A DNA stretch of 64,000 nt. Source: Lachnospiraceae bacterium (GTDB lineage Bacteria; Bacillota; Clostridia; Lachnospirales; Lachnospiraceae). The DNA lies in assembly GCA_017438305.1 (NCBI GenBank), contig JAFRVX010000114.1, positions 2,602-66,601 of the forward strand, written 5' to 3'. This document shows positions 32,453 to 42,882 of this stretch, piece by piece (the first letter of the stretch is position 1; every line of letters begins with the position of its first letter). The translations under genes were made by a program, and so were the position numbers. Under the pieces are notes generated by a model. That model searched no databases. It saw only the letters and a program-made list of their open reading frames with translations, and was not told the DNA's origin.

Positions 32453-33823
32453 TTACATAGCAGCAGGAGCAGCTTTTTTCTTTCCTCTGATGTGCTTCAG
32501 ATAATAATACGTCACTTCGATAAAGAAGCACATCGCCCAGCCTACCGGGTAGCCGAAGCCCACAATAAAGGGCGTGTTGCCGATAAAGCGGGTGGCAAGG
32601 AACAGGTATAGCTGCCGGATGCCTACAAAGGCCGTCAGCATGATGATCATGGGGCCTCTCGAATCGCCTCTTCCTCTCAGGGCGCTCGCCAGCACATGGT
32701 TTACGCAGTTAAAGAGCAGGAAGAAGACGTTGGCGTGCAGGAACAGAGCGCCGGCTTCGATAACCTCCTGATCCTTGGAGAACAGGCCCACCGCCGGTTC
32801 CGCAAAGAAGAAGAGTCCCAGGGCCACAACGGCGGTTACGGACACCGACATGATAATGGTGATAATGGTCCCCTTGTTGGCCCTTTCTTCCTGCCCTGCG
32901 CCGATGTTCTGGCTCACAAAGGTGGTCGCCGCCATGGCCATGCTCTGCATAGGCAGCATGATGAAGGTATCCAGTTTGTTATAGGAACTCCAGCCTGCCA
33001 TGACGGAAGAACCGAAGTAGTTGACGTAGGACTGGACGAAAATATTCGAAAAAGCGGTTATGACCGACTGAATGCCCGCGGGAAGGCCTACGGAAAAGAT
33101 CGCCTTCAGGGTCTTCAGATCCACCTTCAGATCTTTCCAGACCAGTTTATAAATATCCTTGGTCCGGGTCAGAAGGAGCAGCGTCAGTACCGCGGATACC
33201 GCCTGGGAAATGATCGTAGCCCAGGCAACGCCGGCGATGCCCGCTTTCAGGAAGATGACAAAGATCAGGTCCAGAACGGTATTCAGGATGCTGGTAAAGA
33301 CCAGGAACATCAGCGGCCTGGTGCTGTCGCCAACAGCCCGTAAAATGCCGCTTCCCATGTTGTAGATAAGAAGACCGGAAATGCCGGCAAAATAAATGGT
33401 AAGGTAGGTGACCGCATCCTCAAACACATCTTCCGGCGTATCCATGAATCTGAGCATGGGTTTTACGCCCAGGATGCCCACGATGGTAAAAACGATGCAG
33501 AACAGGAACGTCATGGCCATGGTAGTTTCCACGGACGTGTGCAGGTTCTTCATATCCTTCGCGCCGAAACGTTGGCCGATGATAACGCCGGCGCCGATGG
33601 AAAACCCGTTGAAGAAAAACACCAGCATGTTTACGATCATCGTGGTGGAACCCACCGCCGCCAGAGCTTCCTTGCCGACAAAGTTGCCAACGACAATGGA
33701 GTCCACGGTATTGTAAAGCATCTGGAAGATGTTTCCCAGCATCAGAGGCAGGGAGAACATGATAATCTGTCTGACAATGGAACCTTCCGTCATGATGACG
33801 GCTTTACCGAGTTTTCTGGACAT
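32453..33823 (-). CDS. MATE family efflux transporter
   Basis: 456 aa, 12 TM. N-terminal PLMLGNIFQMLYNTVDSIVVG pattern. Confidence 0.85.
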   Translation of the reverse strand: MSRKLGKAVIMTEGSIVRQIIMFSLPLMLGNIFQMLYNTVDSIVVGNFVGKEALAAVGSTTMIVNMLVFFFNGFSIGAGVIIGQRFGAKDMKNLHTSVETTMAMTFLFCIVFTIVGILGVKPMLRFMDTPEDVFEDAVTYLTIYFAGISGLLIYNMGSGILRAVGDSTRPLMFLVFTSILNTVLDLIFVIFLKAGIAGVAWATIISQAVSAVLTLLLLTRTKDIYKLVWKDLKVDLKTLKAIFSVGLPAGIQSVITAFSNIFVQSYVNYFGSSVMAGWSSYNKLDTFIMLPMQSMAMAATTFVSQNIGAGQEERANKGTIITIIMSVSVTAVVALGLFFFAEPAVGLFSKDQEVIEAGALFLHANVFFLLFNCVNHVLASALRGRGDSRGPMIIMLTAFVGIRQLYLFLATRFIGNTPFIVGFGYPVGWAMCFFIEVTYYYLKHIRGKKKAAPAAM

Positions 33824-34075
33824 GAGAGTTTCCTTTCCGTACAGCTGAAAACAACTGCTTTATACTGTCTTTTACTTTCTTTTACTGCCTTTATGCAGGC
33901 TTGTCTATCATAGCACAGAGAAGCAGGAAAAACCAGTTTTCGCCTGACAAAATCTTCGTATCCCCGGTCTGATAAAACGCCGTCTTCCCTGCCTGACGAT
34001 AATTCGTGTACCCTTTTCCGGCATCTGACTGACAGCCGCCCCTGCAGGCACAGCACCCATCGCCGGATCTGTACC

Positions 34076-34103
34076 GTAAAACAGGCTGCCCTCGGGCAGC
34101 CTG
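34076..34103 (-). terminator. rho-independent terminator after the DUF362 gene
   Basis: Minus-strand CAGGCTGCCC-GAG-GGCAGCCTG followed by TTTTAC. Confidence 0.6.
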
Positions 34104-34169
34104 CATGACCTTCTCTCAGGCTTTATTATTGCCTTCAAGAGTTATCGAGAATAGTTTTGCCGCCCTTTG

Positions 34170-35162
34170 TCAGGGTTTGATCCGGACGAAGGGCTTCAGG
34201 TTCTGCACCGCATCCTTAGCCACGATGCGCTTCTCATCATTGTCCAGATCGATCAGCACGTAGCGGTCGTTGCCCATGCCCAGTTCCTTCATGTAGGAAA
34301 GCTGGCGAAGGCCGTGACGGGATTCGATCCTTTCCACCAGGTCGTGATGCTCTTCTTCCGTCATGGCATAGATCATATCCACGGCCGCATTGTCGATGGC
34401 GACGATGTCCGTGGAAGCCAGGATGCCGACGTTCGGCGTGACCACCGGCGCCGCGTTCAGGCCTTCGCAGTCACAGGATACCGACATGTTCCGCATGATA
34501 GAGACATAGGTAATGTGCTTTCCGAAATAGTCCACGACGGCCTTGGTGGATTCCGTCATTCTTTCGCCGAACTCCTCTTCCACGATGCCCATGGGATCGT
34601 CGGAGGTGGCGTGGATGTTCCTCTTGCCCACCAGGGCGTCCGCGCAGCCGATGCCGATGTTCTTGTTCGCGCCGCCGAATCCGCCTACGGTATGACCCTT
34701 GAAATGGGTCAGGACAAAGAGGGAATCATAATTTGTCATATGAGAGCCGTGGGAGGTCTCCGTAAACCATTTGCCGCCCTTTACGGGAAGGGTGATGGTG
34801 CCTTCGGCGTCCATGATGTCCACCGGGCAGAAATCCCAGCCGTTGACCTTAATAGTCTCCAGATGCTTCTCCGTGGTATCGCGGTCGCCGTGATACCAGG
34901 TGTTGGTCTCAACGATGGTGGCGTCTGGCAGTTCCTTTTCCATGAACTGCTTTACCCAGGACGCGGGGGTGAAATTTGGGCCGTGCTGTTCGCCGGTGTG
35001 AAGCTTGATGGCTACCTTGCCGCAGATCCCGGCATTGACCTTCTCATAGGCCTTCATAATGCCTTCCGGCGAAATGTCTCTGGTAAAATAGACAATGGAC
35101 TCATTGCCTGATCTCTCTTCATAAGGGATATAACGATTTCCGATCTTTACAGCTTCGGGCAT
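34170..35162 (-). CDS. DUF362 domain-containing protein
   Basis: 330 aa. VYFTRDISPEG...GKVAIKLHTGE pattern characteristic of the DUF362 family. Confidence 0.7.
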   Translation of the reverse strand: MPEAVKIGNRYIPYEERSGNESIVYFTRDISPEGIMKAYEKVNAGICGKVAIKLHTGEQHGPNFTPASWVKQFMEKELPDATIVETNTWYHGDRDTTEKHLETIKVNGWDFCPVDIMDAEGTITLPVKGGKWFTETSHGSHMTNYDSLFVLTHFKGHTVGGFGGANKNIGIGCADALVGKRNIHATSDDPMGIVEEEFGERMTESTKAVVDYFGKHITYVSIMRNMSVSCDCEGLNAAPVVTPNVGILASTDIVAIDNAAVDMIYAMTEEEHHDLVERIESRHGLRQLSYMKELGMGNDRYVLIDLDNDEKRIVAKDAVQNLKPFVRIKP

Positions 35163-35312
35163 AATTTCCTCCTGAAATGATTCTTATCCTGCTGCCTTCC
35201 TGGCAGCATTTGTTTTTTGATGACATCTGTATCATACAGCTTTCACGGGAATACAGCTATACTACGAACCGGGGATTTTGTTGCGTAAATCCCGTATAAC
35301 CAGCGGAAGGCC

Positions 35313-35440
35313 TCAAAGTCGTGGCCCCGGAAGACTTATCGCTAGCCGTAAAGTACCCAGAAAACCAGCAGGGTGCTTCAAAATCGTTGCCCCGGAAGGC
35401 TTATCCTGGCCGCCAGGGGCCCCGAAAACATGCTGTAACT
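35313..35440. repeat. tandem duplication of about 65 bp
   Basis: TCAAAGTCGTGGCCCCGGAAGACTTATCGCTAGCCG... at 35313 versus TCAAAATCGTTGCCCCGGAAGGCTTATCCTGGCCGCC... at 35378. Confidence 0.7.
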
Positions 35441-35444
35441 ATCC

Positions 35445-36566
35445 TTAAGCTTCTTCCCCTTCGGGTTCTTCTTCTTTCGCTTCCGGCTGACAAACTGCTC
35501 CCTCCCCGATGAGTTCCGAATCATGCCCGTCATTTACAGCTTCAGCAGCTTCAAGGGCTTGCGTACCCGTTTCTTCGTCAGGCATGCCCTTTTCTTCAAT
35601 AGGCAGGCCTTCTTCATTGTGTTCGCTCTCTTCTTCGGCGAGCGTACGATCTTTCTCAATGGCGACGTTCTCTTCTCCGCCGAGCATACTTTCTTCCTCG
35701 ATGAAGACATTTTGTTCTCCGTCGAGCGTGCGCTCTTCCTCGATCTGCGCGTTTTCTTCTGCAGCCCGTTCCCTCTCCCGCCGGTTTTTCGTCACCAGCA
35801 TCAGGACCAGGATGATCATAAGAAGAATAAAGACAAGAAGAGCCAGGCCTAAAATGACCATCAGGTTTTTTGCATTCAGCAGCGTGAAACTGTACCGGAT
35901 CTCCGTTTTTTCTCCGTAAGGCACTTTCCAGGAAAGGGTCCTTCCGTCGGCGGATCTTTCGGAAGCATTATCCGAGAGCGGTTTTCCCGGCAGCGTGACT
36001 TTGTAGGAAACCAGGAAGGATTTCCCCGCCAGGGCGGCCATATCGATATCAGGACTGTCCGCGCCCATATCCTGGGCGGCAAAATCATAATAGAAATCCG
36101 CTGTAAACCGGTCCCGGAAGAAGCCTTTTTCTTTTTTGAAGAAACAAGGCGTTCCGGCATTCCCCTGGGAAAGCAGGGAGAACAGGTCCACGGACACCTC
36201 GGCATCCGACGACACCGTATCGATATTCGCCGCGGCATAACTCAGCCTGATGCCGGTGTAGCCTTCTTCTTTATGATCTTCCACCTGGTACCCGCTGTCC
36301 CGGAAGCTGATCCTGATATTCTCAAAGGGATCCTCCTGCATATAGGTCATGATCTCATTGGCATAGAGATAGGTGGCCGACAGCGTGAATTTCCGGTCCC
36401 GGCCGATCTCCATGGCGGTTTCGCTTTTGACGCAGGACGTGAGCGTCAGCATAAAACAGGCCATAAGGACCGTCACAAAAAAGAAACGTCCTGTCCTGAG
36501 TGTGTTTTTTCTTTCTGCAGCCCGCCCTGTTCCGCTGCTGAGCCTGTGTTTCCGTTCTTTTTTCAA
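35445..36566 (-). CDS. membrane-anchored lipoprotein with an acidic repetitive cytoplasmic tail
   Basis: 373 aa. Lipobox LTLTS-C, a C-terminal TM helix (LMVILGLALLVFILLMIILVLMLV), then a Glu-rich imperfectly repeated tail. Confidence 0.55.
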   Translation of the reverse strand: MKKERKHRLSSGTGRAAERKNTLRTGRFFFVTVLMACFMLTLTSCVKSETAMEIGRDRKFTLSATYLYANEIMTYMQEDPFENIRISFRDSGYQVEDHKEEGYTGIRLSYAAANIDTVSSDAEVSVDLFSLLSQGNAGTPCFFKKEKGFFRDRFTADFYYDFAAQDMGADSPDIDMAALAGKSFLVSYKVTLPGKPLSDNASERSADGRTLSWKVPYGEKTEIRYSFTLLNAKNLMVILGLALLVFILLMIILVLMLVTKNRRERERAAEENAQIEEERTLDGEQNVFIEEESMLGGEENVAIEKDRTLAEEESEHNEEGLPIEEKGMPDEETGTQALEAAEAVNDGHDSELIGEGAVCQPEAKEEEPEGEEA

Positions 36567-36874
36567 CTGTATCTTCCTTTTATCTTCTTTTTTTCGTTTT
36601 TTATGCTTGTTTTTCAGTTTTTTCAGGGTTTTTCCAGTTTATTAACCGTTCAGTTTTTAACTGTTCATTCCTGTTTATTGTTCTGATCAGATCCGGGCTT
36701 TATTGTCCCGATCTCCCCGGTATTCATTGTCCGGTTATTCAGACCGGATTCTGCCATTGGCCGGGCCCGCCGCCTCTGCAGCATCACCTTCCCCCGGAAG
36801 TCAGGCTGAGCCTGCCGGCGGTGGATCTCACCGCACTGCAGGCTCTTCATTGCCGCACGGGAAACCGGATCAGG

Positions 36875-37315
36875 TCATTCCCGGTTCATGTCGTAATTGA
36901 CGTAGGCGTCCACTTTCTTCCCGGAGCGCTCGTTATAGACGAATTCGCAGGAAAGATAGGCTTCGATGAGCTCCTTGCCCAGCATGTTTCCGGTGACCTG
37001 GGAACCCAGGGTGATGATATTGCAGTTATTGCTTAAGCAGGCCCGTTTCGCGCTGTAGACGTTCCAAACGTTGGCGGCATAGGCGCCCTTTACCTTATTG
37101 GCCGCCAGCATCACGCCGATGCCGGTGCCGCAGAACAGGATGCCCCGGTCAAATTTCTTAGCCGCTACGGCTTCCGCCACCTCGATGGCCACGTTCGCGT
37201 AGACCGGATCGTCGGAACCGAAGTCCGTTACCTCATGGCCAAGACCGATGACAAATTTTTTCATTTCCTGCTTGAAGCTTTCCGCATTGGGGTCGCATCC
37301 CATCGCAATTTTCAT
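36875..37315 (-). CDS. RpiB/LacA/LacB family sugar-phosphate isomerase
   Basis: 146 aa. MKIAMGCD...GILFCGTGIGVMLAANKVKGA motif. The start overlaps the ribulokinase stop (ATGA). Confidence 0.8.
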   Translation of the reverse strand: MKIAMGCDPNAESFKQEMKKFVIGLGHEVTDFGSDDPVYANVAIEVAEAVAAKKFDRGILFCGTGIGVMLAANKVKGAYAANVWNVYSAKRACLSNNCNIITLGSQVTGNMLGKELIEAYLSCEFVYNERSGKKVDAYVNYDMNRE

Positions 37316-38973
37316 TTCAGTGCCTCCTTCTTGATTTCGAGAAGCTTCTTCAGGGGGCTGTTTTTATCCCTTCCGAAGCAATCATGGAGCAGTAAATACT
37401 CCCGGTACAGTTTTTCATATACAACAGTATGCTCCGGTATGGGAACATACCTGTTTTCAGAGGGTCTTACCAGGGCGGAGACCGCTTCCTCATAAGCGTT
37501 TTCCGCGCCTTCCGCCTTTTTCAGAACCGCCAGTGCGTAGACCGCGCTTCCCAGGGCGCCGCATTCTCTGGTGGCTGCCACCTCGATGGGCATATTCAGA
37601 ACGTCCGCGTAGATCTGCATAAGGAGCGGATCCTTATAGGAGATGCCGCCCGCCGCGATAAACCGGCTGATGTCCAGGCCGTTCTTCCGGTTATTGTCCA
37701 GGATGAGCCGGGCGCCGAAGGCGGTGGATTCCACCATGGCCCGGTAAAGTTTCTCCGGCGTGGTCTTCAGCGTGCAGCCGATGAACATGCCGGTAAGCTC
37801 ACCGTCCATTAAGATGGAACGGGTGCCGTTCCACCAGTCCAGGGCCATGACTCCGGATGCCCCGGGCTTAAGCCGCGCGGCTTTGTCCTGCAGGAGCTTG
37901 AAGACGGAGATCCCTTTTTTCCGGGCTTCTTCTTCATAACTCCAGGGGACCATGTTGTCGGTAAACCAGGAAAACTCATCTCCCACGCAGCACTGGCCGG
38001 ATTCAAAGCCGTAAAGCCCTTCCACCATGCTGCCGAAAACAGCCCCGTTGGAACCGCTGATATCCCTGATCTCATTTCCCTGGACCATGTAGACCGCGCT
38101 GGTGCCGATGACGGCAGCCATGACGCCCGGCGATGTGACGCCGGAGGCCGGCACCGTGGTATAGCAGTCTCCCTGGGAGACCGTCACATAGGTCCCTTCT
38201 TTAAGCCCGGTAAGAGCTGCGCCTTTCTCATCTACATATCCGGCCAGGCTCCCCGCCGGAAGGACAGGGGCGTTCAGCCTGGTTTCGGCAAGGTCTTCCA
38301 GGGCCGGATCCAGGGCCTTCAGGAAATCCCTTGAGGGATAACCGTCTCTGTACAGTCCCCGGTGCCCCGCCATGCTCCGGTTCCTGACCTGTTTCCCGGT
38401 AAGGAGCCAGGTGATCCAGTCTCCGGCTTCCAGCATGTAGGCGGCCTCATGGAACACCTCCGGGTCCTTGTTCAGGGTCTCCCAGATCTTCGGAAGCAGG
38501 TATTCCGAAGAGACCGTTCCGCCGCTCCAGGAAAGGAAATCCTCATTCCCTTCCCTGGCCAGACGGTTGATCTCGTCCGCTTCCTTCTGGGCACCGTGAT
38601 GCTTCCAGAGCTTCACGTAAGCCTGAGAGCGGCTTCTGTATTTTTCCGAGAAGGAAAGGGGCGTCCCGTCCTCATATACCGGGATCATGGTACAGAAGGT
38701 AAAGTCCGTACCGACGGCCAGCACCTCTTCCGGTGAAAGGGCCGCTTTCTTAAGCACGTCCCGGATGACCCATCCCAGGCCAAGCCGGTAATCCGCCGGA
38801 TCCTGATAGCATTCGTTGATCCCCACGGGGGTCCCGTCCGGAAGGATCGTATCCAGACAGCCATGGGGATAATAGAAGGTGGAGGACGCCAGTTCCTCTC
38901 CCGTTTGGATATCGAAGGCCGCGGCCCGGGCAGATAATGTCCCAAAGTCCACGCCGATAACGGTCTTTCTCAT
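37312..38973 (-). CDS. araB: ribulokinase (FGGY carbohydrate kinase)
   Basis: MRKTVIGVDFGTLSARA N-terminus and a length of about 553 aa typical of AraB. The track ORF starts at GTG 38982. Confidence 0.75.
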   Translation of the reverse strand: MRKTVIGVDFGTLSARAAAFDIQTGEELASSTFYYPHGCLDTILPDGTPVGINECYQDPADYRLGLGWVIRDVLKKAALSPEEVLAVGTDFTFCTMIPVYEDGTPLSFSEKYRSRSQAYVKLWKHHGAQKEADEINRLAREGNEDFLSWSGGTVSSEYLLPKIWETLNKDPEVFHEAAYMLEAGDWITWLLTGKQVRNRSMAGHRGLYRDGYPSRDFLKALDPALEDLAETRLNAPVLPAGSLAGYVDEKGAALTGLKEGTYVTVSQGDCYTTVPASGVTSPGVMAAVIGTSAVYMVQGNEIRDISGSNGAVFGSMVEGLYGFESGQCCVGDEFSWFTDNMVPWSYEEEARKKGISVFKLLQDKAARLKPGASGVMALDWWNGTRSILMDGELTGMFIGCTLKTTPEKLYRAMVESTAFGARLILDNNRKNGLDISRFIAAGGISYKDPLLMQIYADVLNMPIEVAATRECGALGSAVYALAVLKKAEGAENAYEEAVSALVRPSENRYVPIPEHTVVYEKLYREYLLLHDCFGRDKNSPLKKLLEIKKEALK

Positions 38974-39043
38974 GATAGTCACCCTGTATTATCTTATGTA
39001 TTTTCTTATATATTCTTATGTATTTCCCTACACTTTTATTTTC

Positions 39044-40810
39044 TTATGTATTTCCCTGCGCTTTCAGCACCTGATAAGACCGGACGGTGATCTGCAGGGT
39101 CCTGGAATCCCGGTATTCATTGATCTCCGGATAATAGGTAAAGGCCGCGTCCAGGCAGTTTTCCGCGCCTCTTAACGCCTTGTCCGTTTCATAAGCCCCG
39201 TAGGTCTCCTTCATCAGGCTTATGAATTCTTCCGCTTCATTGAACAGAACAGCTTCCATGCGGGTGCCGCTTTCATCGGAGACCACCATCCTCAGGGTAT
39301 TCCGGTTCTTCCCGATGACGCGCATCTGATGGATCCTGAAATGGGCCCGGGCAAAAACCGGTCTGGGATTGCCGGTCCCGAAGGGTTCCAGCACGGAAAA
39401 TTCCCGGATCAGCTGCTCCGAAACATAGGAAAGAGGCATGCGGGCGTCGATGTTCACCACGGGGACCAGATCCTTTTCGGAAAGACCGCAGGATAAGTTC
39501 AGGGCTTCCCTCAGCTTTTCCAGATTTTCCGGCCGGATGCTTAACCCCGCCGCCATGGCGTGGCCGCCGAACTTCCCCAGAAGATCGCTTACGGAAAGCA
39601 GGCCTTTCAGCATATGATAGGCCGGTATGGACCGTCCGGAGCCCTTCAGCCATTCTCCGCTGTCGGTAAAGACAAAGACCGGGCGGGAATACCTTTCCTT
39701 CAGGCGTCCGGCGATAATGCCCACGACGCTCTCATGGACCCCCGGCAGATAGACCAGCATGACGGGGTCTTTCAGCCGGGCGGAATGCTCCAGCTTCGAG
39801 ACCGCCAGGTCAAAACCTTCCTCTGTCTTCTTCTTCCGTTCCTCGTTTAGGGCATGGATCTCGGAAGCAAGTTCAATGGCCGTCACCTGATCCCGGGTCT
39901 GAAGAAGGTCGAAAGCCAGTCTGGCATGGGTCAGCCGCCCCACCGCGTTGAAGCAGGGGCCGATGACAAAGCCGATGTGGTAGGCGCTGATCTTCTCCTG
40001 CACCAGGCCGCAGACGTCGATCAGGGCCTTCAGCCCGATCTTTTCCGTGATCCGGAGTTTCTCAAGCCCGGCCTTTACCAGGATACGGTTTTCACCCTTT
40101 AACTCCATGACGTCGGCCACTGTCGCAATGGCGGCGTACTCATAGAGTTCTTCTTCCTTTTCCTTCGGAATGCCCGCTCTCTCATACAGGACCTGGATCA
40201 GCCGGAAAGCGACCCCGGCGCCGCAGAGGCCCTTAAAGGGATAGGCGCAGTCCACCTGTTTGGGATCGATCACCGCGTCCGCCGCGGGCAGCCTGTTCTG
40301 GACTTCATGATGATCCGTCACAATAACGGTAAAACCCAGGGATTTCGCGTAGTCCGTTTCCTCTATGGCGGCGATGCCGTTGTCGCAGGTCAGGATCACG
40401 CCCATGCCGTCCCGTTTCGCTTCGTCGATGATCCTGGCGTTCAGGCCGTAGCCTTCCGTCAGGCGCTCCGGGGTATAGATCACCGGATTCCCGCCGAGGT
40501 TCTTAAGCCCCTCGAAAAGGATCTGCCCGGCAAAGATGCCGTCGTCGTCAAAATCGGAAACGATGGCGATCCCCTGCCGCTCTTCTATGGCCTTTTCCAG
40601 AAGGTCAGCGCCTTTGTCCAGGTCCTTCATCAGATGCGGATCCGCCAGGTCATCCATGGTGCCGTACAGGAACTGCCCGGCTTCCTCCAGGGTCGTGATA
40701 TCCCGGTTTCTTAACAGCCGGGCGGTCAGCGGCGTGATGTGAAGCGCCTTTCCCCAGGCGGTAAAATCCGCTTTTTTCGTGAGTTCGATCCATTGTTCCC
40801 TGCGGGCCAT
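39044..40810 (-). CDS. recJ: single-stranded-DNA-specific exonuclease RecJ
   Basis: 588 aa. DHH-family motifs (VSDFDDDG, DNGI, TDHH) and a DHHA1-like GGHAMAAG. Confidence 0.85.
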   Translation of the reverse strand: MARREQWIELTKKADFTAWGKALHITPLTARLLRNRDITTLEEAGQFLYGTMDDLADPHLMKDLDKGADLLEKAIEERQGIAIVSDFDDDGIFAGQILFEGLKNLGGNPVIYTPERLTEGYGLNARIIDEAKRDGMGVILTCDNGIAAIEETDYAKSLGFTVIVTDHHEVQNRLPAADAVIDPKQVDCAYPFKGLCGAGVAFRLIQVLYERAGIPKEKEEELYEYAAIATVADVMELKGENRILVKAGLEKLRITEKIGLKALIDVCGLVQEKISAYHIGFVIGPCFNAVGRLTHARLAFDLLQTRDQVTAIELASEIHALNEERKKKTEEGFDLAVSKLEHSARLKDPVMLVYLPGVHESVVGIIAGRLKERYSRPVFVFTDSGEWLKGSGRSIPAYHMLKGLLSVSDLLGKFGGHAMAAGLSIRPENLEKLREALNLSCGLSEKDLVPVVNIDARMPLSYVSEQLIREFSVLEPFGTGNPRPVFARAHFRIHQMRVIGKNRNTLRMVVSDESGTRMEAVLFNEAEEFISLMKETYGAYETDKALRGAENCLDAAFTYYPEINEYRDSRTLQITVRSYQVLKAQGNT

Positions 40811-41038
40811 GTCATTTTCCTTAAACCGCTTGAAATGCGGACTGTTTTTGATTATAATGCTACTTTGATGGTTTCGTTAATTATACCATCGCATGCACGG
40901 GTATTTCAATGAAATCTTCACCGGATTTTCATAAAGTTATGATACTATGCATTCATCTATTTCCCGGTACCGGACAAGACGCCTGTTCTCTCTTTACGAT
41001 GCGCTTTTCCCGGGACCCTGTTTCTTAAGGAGGAAACC

Positions 41039-42022
41039 ATGATCGAAGTCAGCCATCTGACGAAACGGTACGGCGACCATGAAGCGGTCAAAGATATCTC
41101 GTTTACCGTTGAAAAAGGCCGGATCTACGGTTTTCTCGGGCCTAACGGCGCGGGAAAATCCACAACCATGAATATCATCACCGGCTGTCTCTCCGCCACA
41201 GAGGGCACCGTTACCATTAACGGCCATGATATTTTCGAAGAGCCCAAGGAAGCCAAAAAATCCATCGGCTACCTGCCGGAGCAGCCTCCGGTCTATCTTG
41301 AGGAGACTATCGAGGAATACCTGACCTTCGTGGCCAGCGCCAAGAAGATCCCCAAAAAAGACATCAGAGCCGAAGTGGAACGGGTCATGGAAGCCACCGG
41401 CACCACCATCTTCCGGAACCGGCTCATCAAAAACCTGTCCAAGGGCTACCGGCAGAGAGTCGGCATTGCCCAGGCCCTTCTGGGAGATCCCGAGATTATC
41501 ATCCTGGACGAGCCCACGGTAGGCCTCGATCCCATGCAGATCATCGAGATCCGCGACCTGATCTCCGGGCTTAAGGATACCCATACTGTTATCTTAAGCT
41601 CCCACATCCTTTCCGAGGTCCAGGAGATCTGCCAGATCATCATCATGATCGCCCACGGCAAGCTCATCGCCTGCGACACGCCGGAAAACCTGCAGCGGCA
41701 GTTTGCCGGAGACCTGAAGGTTGAGCTCCGGGCGGATGCTTCCGAAGCCGCGGTCCTGGGGGTCCTGAAGGATATTCCGGATATCGACGACGTGAAATTC
41801 GAAAAGGTGGACGAAGGGGCGGTCAGTGCCGTGATCTCCACGAAACTTGAAAACAGCCGCAGCCTGAATACGGCCCTGTTCAAAGCCTTCTCCGAAGCCG
41901 GCATCACCCTGTTTGAATTAAAGACCCTGCAGTCGGATCTTGAGGACATCTTCATCGAACTGACCAATCAGGCGGACGTGGAATATGCCGAGGAAGAAGA
42001 AAGGAGGTCCGGCGAACAATGA
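41039..42022 (+). CDS. ABC transporter ATP-binding protein (ABC-2 type)
   Basis: Walker A GPNGAGKST, signature LSKGYRQR, Walker B IIILDEP. Confidence 0.85.
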   Translation: MIEVSHLTKRYGDHEAVKDISFTVEKGRIYGFLGPNGAGKSTTMNIITGCLSATEGTVTINGHDIFEEPKEAKKSIGYLPEQPPVYLEETIEEYLTFVASAKKIPKKDIRAEVERVMEATGTTIFRNRLIKNLSKGYRQRVGIAQALLGDPEIIILDEPTVGLDPMQIIEIRDLISGLKDTHTVILSSHILSEVQEICQIIIMIAHGKLIACDTPENLQRQFAGDLKVELRADASEAAVLGVLKDIPDIDDVKFEKVDEGAVSAVISTKLENSRSLNTALFKAFSEAGITLFELKTLQSDLEDIFIELTNQADVEYAEEEERRSGEQ

Positions 42023-42882
42023 AAGCCATCTTTAAAAATGAGCTGAGAAGCTATTTTACCAGCATGACCGGCTATGTTTTCGTAGGCTTCATGCTGCTCT
42101 TTGCCGGCATCTATACCCTGGCCCTGTGCTTAAGATCCGGCTTCCCTTCGTTTGAATACGTGCTGGCCAACATGTCCTTCGTTTTCTTCATCATCGTGCC
42201 CGTCATTACGATGAAGGTATTGTCTGAAGAAAAGCGCCAGAAGACGGACCAGCTGTTATACTCGCTTCCCATCACCACCACCGACGTGGTCCTGGGCAAG
42301 TATTTCGCCCTTTTAACGGTTCTGGCGGTGCCGCTTCTTATCATGGCGTTCTACCCCCTGATCCTTTCCCTGTACGGAAACGTCTATCTGCTGACGGCCT
42401 ACGGCGCGCTGCTCGGCTTCTTCTTTATGGGAGCCGCCTTCCTGGCCATCGGCCTGTTCATCTCATCCGTAACGGAAAGCCAGATGATCGCCGCGGGCCT
42501 CTGCTTCGTGGTGCTGCTCTTAAACTACTTCATCACGCAGATCTCCGGCGTCGTTTCTTCCGCAGCTTACGTTTCCTTCATGATCCTGATGGTCCTCGCG
42601 GCCGCCATGGCCGGCATTGTCTGGCTCATGACCCGGAACTGGTTCTCCACGCTTCTTGTGGGCGGCATATTGCTTATCGGCGTGGCCCTGACCTATTACT
42701 GGAAGCCCTCTTTATTTGAAGGCCTTGTGGGAAAAGCCATCACCGGCATTTCCCTCTTCAACCGGTTTTACGTGTTTGTGTCCGGTTCCTTTAACCTGAC
42801 CGAGATCGTCTTCTTTGTAAGCGTCAGCGTCCTGTTTATATTCCTCAGCGTCCAGTCTCTGGAGAAGAGGAGGTGGAGCTAA
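42019..42882 (+). CDS. ABC-2 family permease
   Basis: 287 aa with 6 TM. Start overlaps the ATPase stop. Confidence 0.75.
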   Translation: MKAIFKNELRSYFTSMTGYVFVGFMLLFAGIYTLALCLRSGFPSFEYVLANMSFVFFIIVPVITMKVLSEEKRQKTDQLLYSLPITTTDVVLGKYFALLTVLAVPLLIMAFYPLILSLYGNVYLLTAYGALLGFFFMGAAFLAIGLFISSVTESQMIAAGLCFVVLLLNYFITQISGVVSSAAYVSFMILMVLAAAMAGIVWLMTRNWFSTLLVGGILLIGVALTYYWKPSLFEGLVGKAITGISLFNRFYVFVSGSFNLTEIVFFVSVSVLFIFLSVQSLEKRRWS

